DNA of 12,518 bases, from assembly GCA_007127165.1 (NCBI GenBank), contig SKZV01000195.1:1-12518 (forward strand). The letters run 5' to 3'. The notes under the pieces are model-generated. The model saw only the letters and a list, made by a program, of their open reading frames with translations, had not been told where the DNA came from and searched no databases. This DNA comes from Rhodovibrio sp. (GTDB lineage: Bacteria > Pseudomonadota > Alphaproteobacteria > Kiloniellales > Rhodovibrionaceae). Every line of letters begins with the position of its first letter. Position 1 is the first letter of the stretch. The translations under genes were made by a program, and so were the position numbers. Shown piece after piece: positions 7,779 to 12,518 of this stretch.

Positions 7779-8417
7779 ATGGCCGCAAGAGTTTTGACCG
7801 TGGCGCAGCAGAAAGGCGGCGCCGGAAAGACCACCTTGGCGGCTCACCTAGCGGTGGCCTGGACGGCGCTCGGGAAAAGTGTCGCCGTGGTCGACATCGA
7901 CCCGCAGATGTCGCTGACGCTTTGGTATCGCCTGCGCGAGACACGCAGGGGCGATGCGGGGGCCGGACTTCTGGTGAACCAGATCAAGGGGTGGCGCGTG
8001 CGCAACGCGGTCGAAAAGCTGGCCTCGGAGCACGACATCGTGGTGATCGACAGCCCGCCCCACGCAGAAACCGAAGCCCGCGTCGCCGTGCGGGCGGCAA
8101 ATCTCGTGGTGGTCCCGGTGCAGCCGTCGCCGATGGATGTCTGGGCGACTCGGCCGACGCTGATCCTGGCCGCGGAGGAGAAGACGGCGGCAGTGATGGT
8201 GCTCAATCGTGTCCCGACGCGCGCCAAGCTGACGGACGAGATGTTGGAAGAGATCGCCGCAATGGATGCCGAACTCGCCAAGTCCCGCATCGGCAACCGG
8301 GTCGTCTTCGCCGCCGCCCTTGCCGAAGGCCGCGCGGTCGGCGAGGTGCAGCCAAGCAGCCGCGCCGCCGCCGAGATCGCCGCCTTGGCGGAGGAGTTGT
8401 ATCGGCTGAGCGGGTAG
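7779..8417 (+). CDS. ParA-family (deviant Walker A) ATPase
   Basis: MAARVLTVAQQKGGAGKTTLAAHLAVAWTALGKSVAVVDIDPQMSLTLWYRL ... DIVVIDSPPHAETEARVAVRAANLVVVPVQPSPMDVWA. The ORF track start at 7587 is probably too early; ATG at 7779 is preceded by ggggggag. Confidence 0.9.
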   Translation: MAARVLTVAQQKGGAGKTTLAAHLAVAWTALGKSVAVVDIDPQMSLTLWYRLRETRRGDAGAGLLVNQIKGWRVRNAVEKLASEHDIVVIDSPPHAETEARVAVRAANLVVVPVQPSPMDVWATRPTLILAAEEKTAAVMVLNRVPTRAKLTDEMLEEIAAMDAELAKSRIGNRVVFAAALAEGRAVGEVQPSSRAAAEIAALAEELYRLSG

Positions 8418-8445
8418 TCCTGGGGCAGGCGTGAGGATGGGAGTA

Positions 8446-8508
8446 GGGAAGCTAGGCCCTCACCCTTATGCCATACTTTGGGCACACAAGGGTGAGGGCC
8501 TGCCTTCC
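8446..8508. terminator. Strong hairpin between convergent genes, candidate bidirectional terminator or REP-like element
   Basis: Perfect 14-nt inverted repeat AGGCCCTCACCCTT (8454-8467) / AAGGGTGAGGGCCT (8488-8501), extended by GGAAG (8447-8451) / CTTCC (8504-8508) across a small internal loop. No clear U-tract. Confidence 0.55.
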
Positions 8509-8517
8509 TGTTGCTCC

Positions 8518-9483
8518 CTAAATCTCCACCTCTTGCGCCTTGCCGGTCTCCTGCGCCCGCTTCACGGCGGCCGCCGCGACGGCAAGATCCTGAAGGCCGA
8601 CACCCGTCCCGTCGAAGAGCGTGATCTCGTCTTCCGATGTGCGGCCAGGATGGTCGCCGTTCACCACCGCGCCGATCGGGACGATATCTTTCTCGGAGAC
8701 GCGTTTTTCCGCATAGGCGTGTTGGAACTCGCCGATGCTGATGGACTGCGCGACTTCGTCGGTGAAGGCGGTTGCTGCGGCCACCAGGGCCGAGTCCACC
8801 TCCTGCTTGCCCTTGGTGTCGGTACCCATGCAGGCAATATGCGCGCCGGGCTTGACCCAGTCGCGCATCACCATCGGCTCGAAGCTGGAGGTGATGGTGA
8901 TGATGACGTCCGCCTGTCCGCAAAGGTCCTGAAGCTCCACCGATTCGAAAGGCAGGCCGGCTTCCTTCGCCACCTCCGCCAGACGATCCAGCATTGAGGG
9001 CTCGATATTCCACCCGACGACGCGCTCGAAGCTCCGCTGCTCCAGCGCGGACCGCATCTGGAACGCCGCCTGATGGCCCGCGCCGACCATGCCGAGAACC
9101 TTGGAGTCGGGGCGGGACAAGTAGCGGATCGAGACGGAACTGCTGGCCGCCGTCCGTACGGCGGTGAGGTAATTACCCCCCACCGCCGCGGTAGGCCGTC
9201 CGGTATCCGGATCGAACAGAAAGACGGTGGACTGATGGTTGGTCAGTCCTTTATCCGCGTTTCCAGGCCAGTAGCCGCCTGCTTTCACACCCAGGATCAT
9301 CTCGCTGCGGTCGAATCCCGACTTGAAGCCATAAAGCGCATCCGCATGGCCGATCGCCTCGCGCACGACGGGGAAGTTATAGGCGTCCCCGCGCCCCATT
9401 GCCGCGAAAACGGACTCGATCGCGGTAAAGGCGTCTTCGCGGGATACAAGTTCTTGTGCAGTCGCTTCGGGGACGATCAGCAT
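8518..9483 (-). CDS. bhcD: Iminosuccinate reductase BhcD (ornithine cyclodeaminase/mu-crystallin family)
   Basis: Internal ATG at 9483 (MLIVPEATAQELVSREDAF...) preceded by GAGGGAGGAAG; the upstream part of the 377-aa ORF looks noncoding. Motifs GVKAGGYWPGNADKGLTNHQST, KVLGMVGAGHQAAFQ, VIITITSS, HIACMGTDTKGKQEVD. Family from motifs, BhcD assignment from the operon context. Confidence 0.85.
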   Translation of the reverse strand: MLIVPEATAQELVSREDAFTAIESVFAAMGRGDAYNFPVVREAIGHADALYGFKSGFDRSEMILGVKAGGYWPGNADKGLTNHQSTVFLFDPDTGRPTAAVGGNYLTAVRTAASSSVSIRYLSRPDSKVLGMVGAGHQAAFQMRSALEQRSFERVVGWNIEPSMLDRLAEVAKEAGLPFESVELQDLCGQADVIITITSSFEPMVMRDWVKPGAHIACMGTDTKGKQEVDSALVAAATAFTDEVAQSISIGEFQHAYAEKRVSEKDIVPIGAVVNGDHPGRTSEDEITLFDGTGVGLQDLAVAAAAVKRAQETGKAQEVEI

Positions 9484-9520
9484 TTGCGTCTTCCTCCCTC
9501 GTTCATGGGACGAGCCGGCA

Positions 9521-10639
9521 TTAGAGGCACATGCCGCGCGCGGCGACTGGCCAAATGGCTTCGACCCTGTCGCCCCGATAGCCGACATACCAGTCGTGAA
9601 TGTTGACCGTCGGGTCGCAGTGACCGGGCACGAGACGCAGCTTTTCGCCAAGCTTCAAGTGGTTTTGCGGATCGCTGATGACACCGTGCTCGTCGGACGC
9701 ACCGATGTATTCGATGTCCTGGCGCTGGTAGACCACGGCAGGGCCGGAATCGACGCTCTGCGCCTTCAGGCCTGCGTCGCAGATGGCCTTCTCGACCTTG
9801 GTCTTGCTCATCACCGTCGTGTAGAGGAACAGGCTGTTCTCGAACTCGTCGATGTGCCGCCCGTCCTCCATCTTGATGCGCTGATAGTCCGCATCCATGA
9901 AGACATAAGAGCCGCACTGCAACTCGTTGTAGACGCCGCTGGTACCCTCGAAACGGTAGGTGCCGGTGCCCGCGCCGCCGATGATGTCGCAGTCGAGCCC
10001 CTCTTTCTTCAACATCTCGACCGTTTCGCGCACGCTGTTTGCGGCGTCGTCGATCTTGGCCTTGCGCTCGTTGAAGTCGTGAACGTGCTGCGCCTTACCC
10101 TGATAGGCTTGCAGACCGGAGAACTTCAGCCCTTTGGCCTTGGAGACCTTGCGCGCCAGCGGCAGCACCGGCTCGCCCGGCTGCACGCCGCAGCGCCCGG
10201 CCCCGACGTCCGCCTCAACCAGAACTTCCAGCGTGGTGTTGTAGCGCTGGGCAGCTTTGTCCAGGTCGTCGATGTTGTCGATATCGTCCACGCAGACCAA
10301 CACGCGGGCCTGCTTGGAAAGCGCGGCCAGGCGGTCGATCATGCGCGGGTTGACGACCTCGTTCGAGACGAAAACGTCGCGCACGCCGCCGCGTACCATG
10401 GCTTCGGCCTCGCTGACCTTCTGGCAGCAGACGCCGACCGCGCCCTTGGCGATCTGGTAATTGGCGATGTCCGGGGACTTGTGCGTCTTGGCATGAACCC
10501 GAAGACGCAGGTTGTTCTCCTTCACGAAGCTGGCCATCCGGTCGATGTTACGCTCCAAGGCGTCGAGATCGACGAGCAGGCAGGGCGTATCCACCTCCTC
10601 GACGGCCATGCCCACATGGGCCGGAATATTGATCGTCAT
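9521..10639 (-). CDS. bhcC: beta-hydroxyaspartate aldolase BhcC (D-threonine aldolase / alanine racemase N-terminal-like, PLP)
   Basis: Start ATG 10639 (MTINIPAHVGMAVEEVDTPCLLVDLDALERNIDRM) preceded by TGGAGGACGCC. PLP-lysine region LRVHAKTHKSPDIA, QAYQGKAQHV, CDIIGGAGTGTYRFE. Specific assignment relies on neighbours. Confidence 0.85.
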   Translation of the reverse strand: MTINIPAHVGMAVEEVDTPCLLVDLDALERNIDRMASFVKENNLRLRVHAKTHKSPDIANYQIAKGAVGVCCQKVSEAEAMVRGGVRDVFVSNEVVNPRMIDRLAALSKQARVLVCVDDIDNIDDLDKAAQRYNTTLEVLVEADVGAGRCGVQPGEPVLPLARKVSKAKGLKFSGLQAYQGKAQHVHDFNERKAKIDDAANSVRETVEMLKKEGLDCDIIGGAGTGTYRFEGTSGVYNELQCGSYVFMDADYQRIKMEDGRHIDEFENSLFLYTTVMSKTKVEKAICDAGLKAQSVDSGPAVVYQRQDIEYIGASDEHGVISDPQNHLKLGEKLRLVPGHCDPTVNIHDWYVGYRGDRVEAIWPVAARGMCL

Positions 10640-10685
10640 GGCGTCCTCCAGTTTCTTGTCTGGGTGTTCCAGGCGTTCTTTTACG

Positions 10686-11642
10686 TTACTGCTTCGCCAT
10701 CCAGGGCAGCTTGTCGAGATCCACATTGCCGCCGGTCAGGATGACGCCGACCCGCTTGCCGCGGAAAATGTCGGGGTTCTTGAAGATCGTCGCAAGCGGG
10801 ACGGCACAGGACGCTTCGATGACAATCTTCATCCGTTCCCACGTCAGCCGCATGGCGGAAACGATTTCGTCTTCCTCCGCCAGCAGGATGTCGTGCACGT
10901 AGTTCGAGACGAAGTGCCACGTCAGCGGCCGTAGCGAGACCTTCAGCCCGTCGGCGATGGTATTCGGTGCGTCATCCTCGATGATGTGCCCCGCCTTGAA
11001 CGAGCGGTAGGCGTCGTCCGCGTTCTTTGGTTCGGCGGCGATCACCTTGGTATTCGGCGCGATGGTGGAGCAGGTCAGCGCCGTCCCGCTGATCATGCCG
11101 CCGCCGCCGATCGGGGCGACGACCATGTCCAACTCGCCGATATCTTCCAGCATCTCGAGCGAGCAAGTACCCTGTCCGGCGATCACGCGGTGATCGTTAT
11201 AGGGATGAACGAAGTTCGCGCCGGTTTTCTCGACAAACGCGTTCAACGCTTCCTCCCGCGCCTTCGTGCTGGGCTTGCAGGTGATGACTTCCCCGCCGTA
11301 GCCGCGCACCGCGTCCATCTTCGCCTTGGGCGCGGTCTCCGGCATGATGACGGTGCACTTGATCCCCCGGCAACCGGCGGCCCGGCTGAGGCAGAGGGCG
11401 TGGTTGCCCGAGGAGTGGGTGGCGACGCCGCGCGCCGCCTCATCTTCGCTCAGCCCAAAGACCGCGTTCGTTGCGCCACGCGATTTGAAGGCGCCCGCCT
11501 TCTGAAAGTTCTCGCATTTGAAGAACAGGTCCGCGCCGGTCCAGTTGTTGAACGTCGTGCTGGTAAAGACCGGCGTCCGGTGGACCCATGGCTTGATCCG
11601 TTCATGAGCCGTGCGAACATCGTCGAACGTCGGGATATACAT
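10686..11642 (-). CDS. bhcB: beta-hydroxyaspartate dehydratase BhcB (threonine/serine dehydratase fold, PLP)
   Basis: Start ATG 11642 (MYIPTFDDVRTAHERI) preceded by GATCGAGGAGATCGCG. KCENFQKAGAFKSRGA (PLP lysine), THSSGNHALCLSRAA, VVAPIGGGGMISG, VILTGGNVD. Confidence 0.86.
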   Translation of the reverse strand: MYIPTFDDVRTAHERIKPWVHRTPVFTSTTFNNWTGADLFFKCENFQKAGAFKSRGATNAVFGLSEDEAARGVATHSSGNHALCLSRAAGCRGIKCTVIMPETAPKAKMDAVRGYGGEVITCKPSTKAREEALNAFVEKTGANFVHPYNDHRVIAGQGTCSLEMLEDIGELDMVVAPIGGGGMISGTALTCSTIAPNTKVIAAEPKNADDAYRSFKAGHIIEDDAPNTIADGLKVSLRPLTWHFVSNYVHDILLAEEDEIVSAMRLTWERMKIVIEASCAVPLATIFKNPDIFRGKRVGVILTGGNVDLDKLPWMAKQ

Positions 11643-11720
11643 CGCGATCTCCTCGATCTTTCTTCTAGGGCGTTTTTCGTTCACAAGGATTCAAGAAAAA
11701 CACTCTATCCCTTTGTTCTG

Positions 11721-11768
11721 GCGCATTTTCGAAACGGCGAACCGGTACCCACTTCGCCTGAAAATGCT
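11721..11768 (-). repeat. Second, single-unit copy of the RIME-like palindromic repeat, inverted relative to 1861-1971
   Basis: Reverse complement agcattttcaggcgaagtgggtaccggttcgccgtttcgaaaatgcgc closely matches 1870-1916 (3 mismatches in the first 34 nt, then a short variable stretch, then 10 identical nt). Confidence 0.8.
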
Positions 11769-11819
11769 GTAGCGACGACCTTTTGGGCGGAGCGCGCCAG
11801 CCCTCCAAGGCTCTTGTCT

Positions 11820-12518
11820 TCAGGCCGCCTTGCGGTGCTGGTTGTCCCGCGTCGAGCGGTAGTACTCCTGCGCGGCGGCAGTTCCGCTGCCAAGCTCGAT
11901 CGGATAGCCAAGGTCCTTCATCGCCATCTCGGCCGTCGCGATGCCGGAAAGCGCCATCACGTCGGTGATGCTGCCCAAGTGCCCGATGCGGAACACCTTG
12001 CCCGCGACCTTCGCAAGGCCGACTCCGAAAGACACATTGTATGATTTGTAGGCGTGATTGACGAGTTCTGTGCTGTCGAAACCTTCCGGAACGTAGATGC
12101 CGGTCACGGTGTCGGAATTGAGTTCGGGACGACGCGCGCAGAGGTCCATGCCCCAGGCCCCGACTGCCCGGCGCACGCCCTCGGCAATTCGGTAGTGGCG
12201 GGCGTAGACGTTCTCCATGCCCTCCTCGAACAGCAGGTTCATGCTCTCGCGCAGGCCGCAGATCAACGGAAGCGGCGGCGTGTAGGGGAAGCCGCCCTTG
12301 CGGTTGCTCGCAAGCATGTCCTGAATGTCCAGGAAACAGCGCGGGCATTCCGCCGTCTTCATGGCCTCGAGCGCCTTGGGGCTGGCCGCGACGATCGCCA
12401 TGCCGGTGGCCAGCATGAAGCCCTTCTGCGAGCCGGTGATGGCGAGGTCGACGCCCCACTCGTCGGTGCGGAAATCCATCGAGGCGATGGAACTGACGCC
12501 GTCGACCATCAGCAGCGC
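11820..12518 (-). CDS. bhcA: L-aspartate--glyoxylate aminotransferase BhcA, C-terminal portion (class V PLP aminotransferase; N-terminus outside window)
   Basis: Open to window end: ALLMVDGVSSIASMDFRTDEWGVDLAITGSQKGFMLATGMAIVAASPKALEAM..., with GSQKGF PLP lysine, TVTGIYVPEGFD, and GKVFRIGHLGSITDVMALSGIATAEMAM typical of alanine/serine-glyoxylate aminotransferases. Confidence 0.87.
   Translation of the reverse strand, partial: ALLMVDGVSSIASMDFRTDEWGVDLAITGSQKGFMLATGMAIVAASPKALEAMKTAECPRCFLDIQDMLASNRKGGFPYTPPLPLICGLRESMNLLFEEGMENVYARHYRIAEGVRRAVGAWGMDLCARRPELNSDTVTGIYVPEGFDSTELVNHAYKSYNVSFGVGLAKVAGKVFRIGHLGSITDVMALSGIATAEMAMKDLGYPIELGSGTAAAQEYYRSTRDNQHRKAA

Noticed and set aside
7844-9013. 389-aa minus-strand ORF crossing parA-like and bhcD
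   Set aside because: Overlaps two genes with clear family motifs and contains low-complexity Arg/Ser/Thr-rich sequence without a recognisable fold; shadow ORF.
9596-10744. 382-aa plus-strand ORF antisense to bhcC
   Set aside because: Mirror reading frame of a well supported PLP enzyme; no domain motifs or ribosome binding site support.
10986-12044. 352-aa plus-strand ORF antisense to bhcB/bhcA
   Set aside because: Arises from high GC on the opposite strand, and crosses the noncoding repeat; no motifs.
11665-12459. 264-aa minus-strand ORF overlapping bhcA in another frame
   Set aside because: Same strand but different frame from the aminotransferase; Arg/Gly/His-rich sequence without motifs, and it reads through the repeat.
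8518-12518. Reading the last four genes as an opine/amino-acid catabolism cluster (ornithine cyclodeaminase, D-threonine aldolase, threonine dehydratase, serine-glyoxylate aminotransferase of the serine cycle)
   Set aside because: These are the generic names of each family, but the specific combination and order match bhcABCD better; the serine cycle marker genes are absent from the window.
1-12518. Defence system, prophage, integron, toxin-antitoxin or other novel anti-phage cassette
   Set aside because: No nuclease, reverse transcriptase, integrase, phage structural or toxin-like protein is recognisable; the lone ParA-like ATPase and TetR/SMR pair do not constitute such a system.

Overview
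GC-rich window that looks alphaproteobacterial (inference from gene content and repeat style). The main feature is on the minus strand from about 8518 to 12518: four neighbouring genes whose order and families match the beta-hydroxyaspartate cycle operon bhcA-bhcB-bhcC-bhcD, a glycolate/glyoxylate assimilation pathway. bhcA runs off the right edge. The rest, left to right, is: a truncated membrane sensor/chemoreceptor-like gene, a DUF3047-like exported protein, a PilZ-domain protein, a TetR regulator plus EmrE-type SMR exporter operon with a clear palindromic operator, an SDR oxidoreductase, a moaA-amidase pair, a Sua5/TsaC-type threonylcarbamoyl-AMP synthase and an orphan ParA-like ATPase. 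Noncoding structure includes a ~111-bp RIME-like mosaic palindromic repeat (1861-1971) that contains the stop codon of the SMR gene. A shorter, oppositely oriented copy of its first half lies in the unusually long bhcA-bhcB gap. A strong 14-bp perfect hairpin sits between convergent parA-like and bhcD. I see no CRISPR array, rRNA, tRNA, transposase or recognisable defence system. The bhc pathway is already described; the less explored parts are the repeat within the operon, the stop codon supplied by a repeat, and the regulatory palindromes.
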